Assembly: GCA_030427525.1 (NCBI GenBank)
Contig: JAUIBD010000001.1
Span: forward strand, 18,628 to 82,627
Length of the DNA: 64,000 nt
Direction of reading: 5' to 3'
Origin: a bacterium
GTDB taxonomy: Bacteria > Patescibacteriota > Saccharimonadia > Saccharimonadales > Saccharimonadaceae
The notes beneath the pieces were generated by a model that saw nothing but the letters and a program-made list of their open reading frames with translations, had not been told where the DNA came from and did not search any database. Below are positions 39,621-47,733 of this stretch, piece after piece (the first letter of the stretch is position 1; each line of letters opens with the position of its first letter). A program made the position numbers and the translations under genes.

Positions 39621-40613
39621 ATGCACTATGCGATGGAATCATTTACGGGTGTCCGCCCCACCGCTGACTTGACGGTTGCCAACTATATTGGTGCGGTCAA
39701 GCCAATTCTTGACGCCGAAGAAGCAGAACCCGACGCTCAGTCGGCTGTGTTTTTAGCAGAAATACATGCTGCCACCACGGCTAACCCTCGCGATGTGGCC
39801 GTGCACTCGCGTGAACTGACTCGAACGCTAATTGCAAGCGGCTACAACGGTGAAATTTATAGCCAGTGGGACATAGAAGACCTAGTAGGCCCTACCGAAC
39901 TATCGATTCGGGGATTGGTGAGTGTTGCCCGCCTGTTGAGGCTGCCAACGCTAAAAGACAAAGTTGGTGGTGATGACAAGATTGATACGGCGCCAGTAGA
40001 CCTGGCTATGTACCCTATGATGATGGCTGCAGACATAATTTTAGCGCGGCCTGAGTTTGTTCCAACCGGAAAAGACCAGTTGCCACACCTTGAAATAACC
40101 CGTGAAATAGTGCGTGCCCATAATGCTAAATACGGTACAGAACTACCTATGCCTGAAGCAAAAAATGTTGACCCCATTAACATCGGTACTCTGAGTCGTC
40201 ATGAAGGCAAAATGAGTAAAACCGAGCCTAAGGGTGCAATATTCCTCGGCAACTCACCAGACGAAGCGAGAACAAAAATCATGAAAGCAGTTACTGCGTC
40301 TGGGCCTGGAGCTGAAATGGACGCAAGGATAGACAACCTACTAACAATTGCCCGTGGCCTTGCATCTGCATCTGATACTAGACTGGATGAACTGACGGAA
40401 CTTGCCGATGCAGTGAAAGCGGGCGAACCACAAACACCAACATTCAAAGATGGCGTAGCAGAAATTACAGGTGATTTTATAGCTGACCTGCAGGAACGAC
40501 GTGACAGCGTGAGTGACAGCGAGGTTGATGAACGTCGATCGAGAGGTCACGAGTGGATTCGACCAATAGCAAGCGCAACGCTAGATACTATAAAAACGTC
40601 ACAACGAACGTAA
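39621..40613 (+). CDS. trpS: Tryptophan--tRNA ligase (divergent)
   Basis: TVANYIGA corresponds to the TIGN/HIGH-type motif of bacterial TrpRS. Also present are YPMMMAADIIL, VPTGKDQLPHLEITREI and KMSKT. Confidence 0.7.
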   Translation: MHYAMESFTGVRPTADLTVANYIGAVKPILDAEEAEPDAQSAVFLAEIHAATTANPRDVAVHSRELTRTLIASGYNGEIYSQWDIEDLVGPTELSIRGLVSVARLLRLPTLKDKVGGDDKIDTAPVDLAMYPMMMAADIILARPEFVPTGKDQLPHLEITREIVRAHNAKYGTELPMPEAKNVDPINIGTLSRHEGKMSKTEPKGAIFLGNSPDEARTKIMKAVTASGPGAEMDARIDNLLTIARGLASASDTRLDELTELADAVKAGEPQTPTFKDGVAEITGDFIADLQERRDSVSDSEVDERRSRGHEWIRPIASATLDTIKTSQRT

Positions 40614-40635
40614 AACACAGGGTGGCTCACGACGT

Positions 40636-41157
40636 ATGGCGCTGGAAATAACGAAATACGGTGGGAAAAGCGAGCTGCCAACTAGCGTTGGCGATGAATT
40701 AGCTGTGTTGTTTGCCAACAATTACCCACCGAACTATGCCCCACCCGTAGAACGCAATGATCTTGCTGCCAGAGAAGATGCTTCAGCGATTCAAAACCTA
40801 TTAAACCGTGGTCGGACATATTACCTGGGCACGGCAGGTTGTCGGCTAGCTGGGTTTCTTGAGTCTAGAACACTCGACCAAGATGATGATACAACCGTTG
40901 AACTGATGACGTGGTTGATGGTTGATGAGGCACATAGAGGCAACGGTGTTGCAACAAGGCTTCACGCTGCATTTATAGCTGACGCGATGCTACGCGCCAG
41001 ATCACGCTTGCCCAAACCAACTGTGGCACGGCTGGGTGTTCACAACGAAAACCCTGCACGTGCTATGTACGAACACTGGGGCTATAGCGACGATGGCCAC
41101 CCCGAGAGCGCGCCCGAGATCATACTTATGAGCAAACCGCTTGTACCTGAACTGTAA
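40636..41157 (+). CDS. GNAT-family N-acetyltransferase
   Basis: Motif A LMVDEAHRGNGVATRLHAAFI and the C-terminal YEHWGY. Confidence 0.7.
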   Translation: MALEITKYGGKSELPTSVGDELAVLFANNYPPNYAPPVERNDLAAREDASAIQNLLNRGRTYYLGTAGCRLAGFLESRTLDQDDDTTVELMTWLMVDEAHRGNGVATRLHAAFIADAMLRARSRLPKPTVARLGVHNENPARAMYEHWGYSDDGHPESAPEIILMSKPLVPEL

Positions 41158-41167
41158 TGTGCATTAC

Positions 41168-41238
41168 TGGGTGACCTCACGGGGAATACTAAGGTATATC
41201 TTCGGCGCAATAGAGAAAGCTAAGAGGTAGCTTTCTCT
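41168..41238 (-). repeat. Copy of the tRNA-Glu 3' end (19 nt with one extra G) plus flank and a 9-bp hairpin (copy b)
   Basis: TGGGTGACCTCACGGGGAAT compares with the tRNA's TGGTGACCTCACGGGGAAT. The flank is shared with copy d. Hairpin AGAGAAAGC (41212-41220) / GCTTTCTCT (41230-41238). Confidence 0.75.
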
Positions 41239-41252
41239 ATTTGCTTCTCGCT

Positions 41253-41287
41253 ATCGCACCCCGATTGCTTGCCATTCTGGCAAGTCC
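41253..41287 (-). pseudogene. Decayed tRNA-Glu fragment (T-arm and anticodon-arm-like region)
   Basis: ATCGCACCCCGATTGC matches tRNA-Glu 41373-41388 (ATCGAACCCCGATTGC) at 15 of 16 positions. The adjacent TTGCCATTCTGGCAAG forms an arm-like hairpin. Confidence 0.5.
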
Positions 41288-41322
41288 AATCGGAATTCGG
41301 TTCCGCCGAGAGTGTTGCCAAA

Positions 41323-41353
41323 GTAAAAACGCCACCGATGGTGACGTTTTTAC
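41323..41353 (-). terminator. Intrinsic terminator directly after tRNA-Glu
   Basis: A 14-bp stem with one mismatch, GTAAAAACGCCACC-GAT-GGTGACGTTTTTAC, followed on the minus strand by TTTGG. Confidence 0.65.
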
Positions 41354-41355
41354 TT

Positions 41356-41430
41356 TGGTGACCTCACGGGGAATCGAACCCCGATTGCCAGGATGAAAAC
41401 CTGGTGTCCTAACCGTTAGACGATGAGGCC
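41356..41430 (-). tRNA. tRNA-Glu (anticodon UUC), CCA encoded
   Basis: A cloverleaf can be drawn: acceptor GGCCTCA/TGAGGTC, D arm GTCT..GGAC, anticodon arm CCAGG-TTTTCAT-CCTGG, T arm CGGGG-TTCGATT-CCCCG. Confidence 0.9.
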
Positions 41431-41686
41431 AAAATATGAGTGAAACGGCCACGAAATCTGCTTGCATATTTCTGGACATTTCCGAGTATTTTGGAGCTCA
41501 TATGGTCTGAAAGATCCATATGAGGTTTGTTTGTAAGGTGCTGGCACAAAGCCATATTTTTAGCCTACCCTGCGGTAGACTTCAGTTATTCTACCAAAAA
41601 AACGACCCCTTGGAAAGAGCCAAGAGGTTATCGCAGGTGCGGGGGGCGCCGGTGTGAACCAGCGCCGCCCCCGCACCGTAGAGGCG

Positions 41687-41938
41687 TCAGCCCTTCTTGC
41701 GCTTGCGCCGCTTGCCGGTGACGCGGGCGACGTTGCCGTCGATGATCTCAGCGTCACCGTTCTCGAGTGCGAGCTTCAGCAGATGCTCGATCCCGCTCTC
41801 CTCGGCGCCCGGGCAGCGTGCCGCGAGCTGCCGGGGGAAGTCCTGCGGCGAGCAGTTCAGGTCGTCGTGCTTGCCCCGGCGCCAGGCGTTGAACACCTTG
41901 GTGTCGTAGCAGTTCACCGCAACAGATGCGACCGCCAT
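41687..41938 (-). CDS. Small hypothetical protein (83 aa) encoded in a GC-rich foreign insert
   Basis: Almost every third codon position is G or C (atg gcg gtc gca ... aag cgc aag aag ggc tga). GAGGAG lies 8 nt upstream of the ATG, and a GC-rich hairpin follows the stop. The C-terminus is basic (KRRKRKKG). Confidence 0.6.
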   Translation of the reverse strand: MAVASVAVNCYDTKVFNAWRRGKHDDLNCSPQDFPRQLAARCPGAEESGIEHLLKLALENGDAEIIDGNVARVTGKRRKRKKG

Positions 41939-41999
41939 CTATACCACTCCTCGTGGGGGTTGTGCACGTGAACCCGGGTTCCCGGCGTGCAATGTAGTT

Positions 42000-42027
42000 A
42001 CTATACAGCGAAAAAATAATATGTCAA
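42000..42027 (-). promoter_or_regulatory. AT-rich promoter upstream of the GC-rich ORF
   Basis: On the minus strand, TTGACA (42027-42022), a 16-nt spacer, then TATAGT (42005-42000). Confidence 0.5.
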
Positions 42028-42162
42028 CGGGGGTCGCAAGCGTTTTTTCATTCCGCTTGTGCTTATGTGTGAAAAATTACATAGAAATTGTGGGTGCTTA
42101 TGTTTTATGGTATTCTAGTGTAAATCCTATAAACATGGGGTAACAACTGCGAGGAGGTAATT

Positions 42163-43302
42163 ATGCGAAGCAAGCTATTTGGGTTTGTCCTAGCACTAGT
42201 AGCGGTAGCTACAATCGGGGTGGTACAACAACAAACAAACGCGGCCCTACCCGGCCAAGTTGGTGACGCGCCCAGGTGTACGGTAAAAGCCGTAGGTGCC
42301 CGCGCAAGCGCCTTTACTGTAAACGGCGGCAATGCCAAAGTGACATTCAAGGTAACTGGCGACAAAAAATGTCGCGTACAGCTCTCTACCAATTCGTTTT
42401 ATGCACCGAGCATGAATGGTCGCCCCTATGAAAAACAAACTCTATTCGACCGCCAAACCAAAGTATTTGGCCCTGGCCAGCACACCATGAGTGTGGCTGT
42501 ACCTACCAAAAGTACCAAAGCAAAAGGCTGCTACTACCAGCTAGATCTAACCTACGGCACACGCAACGTACTACCTGTACTTGCCTATGCGCACGGCAGA
42601 GTAAACTGCGAAGTAGTCGTACAACAAAACCCTGTGGCGCGCTGTACTGGCCTGAAAGTAGATACCATTAGCCGCACAAAATTCAGCCTGACTGGCACAG
42701 CGATGGCTCGTGACGGCGCCAAGATAAAAGGCTACACCTTTAAGCTTGTACAAGGTGGATCTGTAGTGAAATCAAAAACCATCACTACCAGCGCAAAAAC
42801 CGCTACTACCACTATGGTACGTACGGTACCTGGCGATTACAAAGTGCGCCTAACAGTTAGCACATCACTTGGTGACCGCACCAGCGCAAACTGCGTGGTA
42901 AACCTAACTATCCCACCACTGCCACCAGAACCACCAGTGGTGTACGTGAAGGTATGTGACCCTGAAACTGGGGAAACGCTGACAGTAAAAGAAGGTGAAG
43001 AAGATGCCTATGTACCACTAGGCGACCCGGCTTGCGAAAACGTGCGGGTATGTGTACTCGAAGATGGCACCTTTACCACAATTAAGCAGTCTGAGCTTGA
43101 TAGCAACAGTGAACTATACAGCCTAGACCCCGCTGATTGCGAAGAGACAGAAGAGCCACCAGTTGAAGAGGAATACTACGACTACGAAGAAGTAGAGGAA
43201 CTACCACAAACTGGCCCTGCCGACACCTTGCTGCAGGTAACAGGTGCGATCAGCTTGGCTGCTGCTGGTACCTACTACTGGCTAAGTCGCCGCAACGCGT
43301 AA
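42163..43302 (+). CDS. LPXTG-anchored surface protein (379 aa), short paralogue
   Basis: GAGGAGG SD, signal peptide MRSKLFGFVLALVAVATIGVVQQQTNA, one Ig/PKD-like module, Cys-bracketed repeats, then LPQTG, a hydrophobic helix and RRNA. Confidence 0.8.
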   Translation: MRSKLFGFVLALVAVATIGVVQQQTNAALPGQVGDAPRCTVKAVGARASAFTVNGGNAKVTFKVTGDKKCRVQLSTNSFYAPSMNGRPYEKQTLFDRQTKVFGPGQHTMSVAVPTKSTKAKGCYYQLDLTYGTRNVLPVLAYAHGRVNCEVVVQQNPVARCTGLKVDTISRTKFSLTGTAMARDGAKIKGYTFKLVQGGSVVKSKTITTSAKTATTTMVRTVPGDYKVRLTVSTSLGDRTSANCVVNLTIPPLPPEPPVVYVKVCDPETGETLTVKEGEEDAYVPLGDPACENVRVCVLEDGTFTTIKQSELDSNSELYSLDPADCEETEEPPVEEEYYDYEEVEELPQTGPADTLLQVTGAISLAAAGTYYWLSRRNA

Positions 43303-43318
43303 ATAGCTAGGAACAATG

Positions 43319-43350
43319 AATAACCCTTCTCGCTTGAGAGGGGTTATTTT
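43319..43350 (+). terminator. Intrinsic terminator after the first LPXTG gene
   Basis: A 13-bp stem, AATAACCCTTCTC-GCTT-GAGAGGGGTTATT, whose 3' end runs into a T-rich stretch. Confidence 0.7.
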
Positions 43351-43459
43351 AGTATATTATGCAATGTTTATACCCTATAATTTCGCTATAATACATAACC
43401 ATAATCTGTAAATGGAAAATATAAAGGTTGTGCTTATTTGACAAAAGTTGTATAAAGTA

Positions 43460-43488
43460 TTGACATTTTTATATTTTTGTGATAGAAT
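43460..43488 (+). promoter_or_regulatory. Consensus-like promoter of the second LPXTG gene
   Basis: TTGACA (43460-43465), a 17-nt spacer, then TAGAAT (43483-43488). Confidence 0.6.
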
Positions 43489-43558
43489 GCCATGTAAGCA
43501 CCTCGAAAGAGGTGGGAGGACACTATTAACTTTATTACACCCTGTGAGGAGGAATGTA

Positions 43559-45928
43559 ATGAAAGGTAAACTATTTGGGTTTGCGCTTGCGCTTCTTTCT
43601 GTAGCCACCATTGGTGTGGTTCAGCTTCAGACTAAAGCGTATGTCGACACAACCCCTGACTGTGACCAATACGCAGTCATCAAGTGTGGTACCGCTGGAC
43701 CAGCTCAGCTGCGTACAGAGTACGACACATACAACACTAGCTCGAGTAACGGTTCTACCGTTCGCCAGGGCGACATACACAAGATATTCAGCGCACTAGG
43801 TATTAGCCGTGCTGAACTAAACGGCACCTTTAAAACCGGTGTTGTATACCAAAACGGAAACGTGGTTGTAGGCGGTAAGGTAGTTGCTACCGACGCTCGC
43901 ATGGCAGCTCGTAACCTAGGTGGCACCGCGATTGCTGGTGCAAACGCAGGCATTATGTCTGTAAGCAAAATGGGTAGCGCCCAAGAAGCAATGGTAAAGT
44001 TTGACGCCAATGGCCGATTCCTTTTCGCCGTTATGACTCCTTGTGGTAACCCAGTTGCTGCAAAGGCTACACAGCCAAAACCAGTAGCAAAGTGTGAAAA
44101 CGTGAAGGTTGAAAAACTTGAACGTACTAAATTCCGCTTTACTGCTAGCGCAAGCGCTAAGTACGGTGCTAAAGTAACTGGCTACCAGTTCAAGGTGCTA
44201 CGTGGTTCAAGCGTTATCAAGAATGTAACGCAAAACTCAAACACTCTTACCTACAACCAGCCTAACGCTGGTGACTACAAGGTACGCGTGGTTGCCAAGA
44301 CATCACTTGGTGACAAAACCAGTGAGGACTGTGTAAAGACATTTACTGTACAAGAAAAGCCTGAAGCTTTCTGTAAGAATGTAACTGTGCAGACTATTAG
44401 CCGAACTAAGTTTAGCTTTACTGCAAAAGCATCTACATTCCGATCTCAGGTAACTGGTTACATCTTCCGTGTCTTCAAGGACGGAACAAAGATTGACGAG
44501 AAAACAGTAACGACTAGCAACCTATCTGCAACAGTTAACTACAGTCAAGCGACTGCAGGCGACTACACAGTAAAAGCTATCCTAAAGACGACCCTTGGTA
44601 ACAAGACAAGTGCTGACTGTGAAAAACCATTTAGTGTTACTCCTCCTGAAAAACACCCAGGCGTGAAGGTAGAAAAGACCGTGAACGGCGTTGAGCTTGC
44701 TCAGGTAGCCCTAAACGAGAACTTTACCTACGAGATTGCCGTAACGAACACTGGTGACGTTGACCTAACCAACGTAGATGTTGTAGATACTCCAGAAGCT
44801 GGCGTGACTCTAGCTCCTACACAAGCTGTAGGCACCGTTGCAAACAATACATGGAGCTACACTATTCCTACCCTAAAGGTTGGTGAGACTCAGAACTTTA
44901 CCCTCAACGCTATGGTTCCTGAATACCTAGCTGGTAAGATTAAGAACACTGTATGCGTAGACACTACCGATGTTCCTGGTGAACCAGATGACTGTGACGA
45001 CGCGTATGTAGAAGTACCAAAGCCACACGTAAAGATTAACAAGCTGGTTGACGGCGTAGACTACAAACTAGTGGGTGTAAACGTAGAGTTTACCTACCAA
45101 ATAGCTGTAACCAACGACGGTAAAGTTAACCTAAAGAATGTTAAGGTAAGCGACCAAGCTCCTGCTGGTGTTACCTTCCTAGCAGCAAGTGCTGGTACGG
45201 TAACTCCTACTAGCTGGAACCACACGATTCCTGCCCTAGCAATTGGTGAGACTCAGAACTTTACGATTACTGCGAAAGTTCCGAACCACAAAGACAACTC
45301 GATTGTAAACACAGCTTGTGTAGACGCAACAGAAGTTCCTGGAAGCCCAGACGACTGTGACGACGCAACGGTGGAAACCAAGAAGGTATACGTGTGTGAC
45401 CCTGCAACTGGTGAGATCATTAAGGTTGACCAGTCTGAAGCAGGCAACTACGAACCAGTAAACAGCCCTGCATGTAAAGATATCGTGGTTTGTAACCTAG
45501 AAACTAGCGAGATCGTTACTATCAAGCAGAGTGAGTACGACCAGAACTCTGAGATGTACTCTACTAACCTCGCTGACTGTGAAGAAGAAAACATGGTTCC
45601 TGTTTGTAATCCTGCAACTGGTGAGATCATCACTGTTACAGAAAGCGAAAAGGATAACTACCTTCCAGTAAACAGCGACGAATGTAAAGACCTGACGGTA
45701 TGTCGAGTAAGCGACAAGGCGATCGTGGTAATCAAGAAGAGTGCCTACGACCAAACTGTATACACGACTGACCTAACGAAGTGTGAAGAAACACCTGTAA
45801 CTCCACCTCAGCCACCTGTGAAAGAACTCCCAGTAACTGGTGCTGCAGATGTAGTTGTGAAACTAGCTGGTGCTACTTCACTAGCCGGTGCTGGTGCATA
45901 CTACTTGCTAAGCCGTCGCCGCGACTAA
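43559..45928 (+). CDS. LPXTG-anchored multi-domain surface protein (789 aa), long paralogue
   Basis: GAGGAGG SD and signal peptide MKGKLFGFALALLSVATIGVVQLQTKA. It has two Ig/PKD-like modules, two DUF11-like repeats (VEKTVNGV...NFTYEIAVTNTGDVDL; INKLVDGV...FTYQIAVTNDGKVNL) and Cys-bracketed VC(D/N)PATGE repeats. The C-terminus is LPVTG, a helix and RRRD. The ORF track's 43448 start is an in-frame extension. Confidence 0.8.
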   Translation: MKGKLFGFALALLSVATIGVVQLQTKAYVDTTPDCDQYAVIKCGTAGPAQLRTEYDTYNTSSSNGSTVRQGDIHKIFSALGISRAELNGTFKTGVVYQNGNVVVGGKVVATDARMAARNLGGTAIAGANAGIMSVSKMGSAQEAMVKFDANGRFLFAVMTPCGNPVAAKATQPKPVAKCENVKVEKLERTKFRFTASASAKYGAKVTGYQFKVLRGSSVIKNVTQNSNTLTYNQPNAGDYKVRVVAKTSLGDKTSEDCVKTFTVQEKPEAFCKNVTVQTISRTKFSFTAKASTFRSQVTGYIFRVFKDGTKIDEKTVTTSNLSATVNYSQATAGDYTVKAILKTTLGNKTSADCEKPFSVTPPEKHPGVKVEKTVNGVELAQVALNENFTYEIAVTNTGDVDLTNVDVVDTPEAGVTLAPTQAVGTVANNTWSYTIPTLKVGETQNFTLNAMVPEYLAGKIKNTVCVDTTDVPGEPDDCDDAYVEVPKPHVKINKLVDGVDYKLVGVNVEFTYQIAVTNDGKVNLKNVKVSDQAPAGVTFLAASAGTVTPTSWNHTIPALAIGETQNFTITAKVPNHKDNSIVNTACVDATEVPGSPDDCDDATVETKKVYVCDPATGEIIKVDQSEAGNYEPVNSPACKDIVVCNLETSEIVTIKQSEYDQNSEMYSTNLADCEEENMVPVCNPATGEIITVTESEKDNYLPVNSDECKDLTVCRVSDKAIVVIKKSAYDQTVYTTDLTKCEETPVTPPQPPVKELPVTGAADVVVKLAGATSLAGAGAYYLLSRRRD

Positions 45929-45974
45929 GAGACTGACCGCTCGAAGCTAGAGAGGCCAACTCTCATACAAAAAC

Positions 45975-46006
45975 GTAACCCCTTCCGTATACTCGGAGGG
46001 GGTTAC
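45975..46006. terminator. Bidirectional terminator hairpin between the adhesin gene and the histidine kinase gene
   Basis: A 13-bp stem, GTAACCCCTTCCG-TATACT-CGGAGGGGGTTAC. It overlaps the kinase stop codon. Confidence 0.65.
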
Positions 46007-47310
46007 TTTATTGGTAAAGAAAAGCCGAACGTACTGCCACGGCCTGGCTTTGATTCGAAAATGATTTTGCCATTATGGCCATCGATGACTTCTTTGGCGA
46101 GGTAGAGCCCTACACCCGTGCCATCGGGTCGTTGCATGCGTGCGTTGCTGGCGCGGAAAAACTTTTCAAATAGTTTTTCTTGCTCTGCCAGTGGCACGCC
46201 AATACCTTGGTCGATTACTTTTACCGAGAGCTGTTGTTTCGTTTCAGTCAGTTCAACTGTGATGGTCGTTTTTTCGGGACTATAGTAAATAGCATTATCC
46301 ATGAAGTTCATCAGCACTTGGCGGATTTTTGATTCATCTACCGACACCATTACAGGTGTTTCGGGCACTTTTAGATCAATGGTGAGACCACGAGCCTTTG
46401 CGTTTACTTCTAGCTGCTTTGCTTCTTGGCGAATAATTTTGGTAATATCTGTGTCTTTGGCGTCGATTTGAAACTTCCCCGTTTGAATACGTGATACGTT
46501 GAGAAAGTCGCTGATGAGTCGGACCATGCGTTCGCTGCTGAGAAATGCTTCGGAAAGTAGTTTACGTTGTTCTTTGGTTATTTCACCCGCGTCACCCTCT
46601 AGCACCATTGAAAGGTAGCCCTTTATGCTGGTGAGTGGCGTGCGTAACTGATGCGAGGCCATGCTAACGAACTCGTTGCGGGCATTTTCAAGCTCGGTCA
46701 CTTGATCACCTGAACGAGAGTCGACATCAGTAGCTAATGCGACTTTTTGCTCGAGCACACTGTTGCGTGAATGTACTCTGTGTGTGTTGAGCGCACTGGC
46801 TACGGCATGGGCAATATCGTGACGGCTGACATCGATAATGTTTTCTTGCCAGGTGGAAAGTTTGTGTTTAGTACGTATAAATAGGTACCCTACTCGCTGG
46901 TCGGCGTGATTGAGAGGCATCACATAGCGCACTTGATAGCTAGTAAGTAGCTTCGCCACATGGCTACGATCGCTAATCTTTTTTACGTCAATTACCTTAC
47001 TGTGTAGCTCGTCGTCGAGGCTGCGAGCTTCTTTCCATGACATTACAGGAGTAGCTTCTTTTGCTGAATCAACGGTTGTACATTCTTCGTCATCAAGATA
47101 TACCAGCAACGCTACACTTTTCACATGTAGTTCGTACTGCATGGCCATTGCTAAGGTGTACATACGGTCTTCTAGGTCGCGGTGCGAGTGGGCATTGCCC
47201 AAAATACGCATACGCGCCGTGCCGATGGCTTGCGACCGTTGCTTGGACATGGTAATTAGCACTTGAGCCAGCAACAACGCCGCTGCAACACCGAGTAAAA
47301 CTGCTTCCAT
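46003..47310 (-). CDS. Sensor histidine kinase
   Basis: N-terminal TM helix, the HisKA H-box SHQLRTPLTSIKGY and the HATPase blocks DNAIYYS and GTGVGLYL. Confidence 0.85.
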   Translation of the reverse strand: MEAVLLGVAAALLLAQVLITMSKQRSQAIGTARMRILGNAHSHRDLEDRMYTLAMAMQYELHVKSVALLVYLDDEECTTVDSAKEATPVMSWKEARSLDDELHSKVIDVKKISDRSHVAKLLTSYQVRYVMPLNHADQRVGYLFIRTKHKLSTWQENIIDVSRHDIAHAVASALNTHRVHSRNSVLEQKVALATDVDSRSGDQVTELENARNEFVSMASHQLRTPLTSIKGYLSMVLEGDAGEITKEQRKLLSEAFLSSERMVRLISDFLNVSRIQTGKFQIDAKDTDITKIIRQEAKQLEVNAKARGLTIDLKVPETPVMVSVDESKIRQVLMNFMDNAIYYSPEKTTITVELTETKQQLSVKVIDQGIGVPLAEQEKLFEKFFRASNARMQRPDGTGVGLYLAKEVIDGHNGKIIFESKPGRGSTFGFSLPIK

Positions 47311-47364
47311 GCCCCTCCCTATTTACTTGCTCATGAATCTACTTGTTAGTATTATAAAACAAGC

Positions 47365-47733
47365 ATGAGCAAAATAGCTATTATCGAAGACGACCCTGTA
47401 ATAAACCAGATGTACCGCATGAAGTTTGAGGCGGCAGGTTTTGATGTTCAGCTGGCAGATAATGGAACTCGCGGTATTGAACTGGTTGAGTCATTTCATC
47501 CTGATATCGTGCTACTAGATCTGCAGATGCCCGAAAAAGATGGCGTAGAAGTACTGCGTGCTGTGCGTGGGTTTGACTGGGCAAAAGATTTGCCTGTTTT
47601 GATTTTGACTAACTTAGGTGAGGAAGAATCACCAAGTGATTTAAAAAGCCTTGGTATTAGCGGATATATCGTAAAAGCAGACTACACACCTAGCCAAGTA
47701 GTTGAGCTCGTTAACGAGACTCTGGCTGCCTAG
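47365..47733 (+). CDS. Single-domain response regulator (CheY-like receiver only)
   Basis: IIEDDP, the phospho-acceptor context IVLLDLQMPEKDG, and LTNL...K. At 122 aa there is no output domain. Confidence 0.8.
   Translation: MSKIAIIEDDPVINQMYRMKFEAAGFDVQLADNGTRGIELVESFHPDIVLLDLQMPEKDGVEVLRAVRGFDWAKDLPVLILTNLGEEESPSDLKSLGISGYIVKADYTPSQVVELVNETLAA

Noticed and set aside
41237-41479. An 80-aa ORF on the minus strand.
   Set aside because: It runs straight through tRNA-Glu and its terminator, so it is a translation artefact of the RNA gene.
38400-42160. A search for an integrase, transposase or other recombinase to go with the tRNA-linked repeats. The same search covered 53.1-55.3 kb.
   Set aside because: No ORF in either locus has tyrosine- or serine-recombinase or DDE-transposase hallmarks. 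The loci are therefore described as decayed integration scars, not as active mobile elements.
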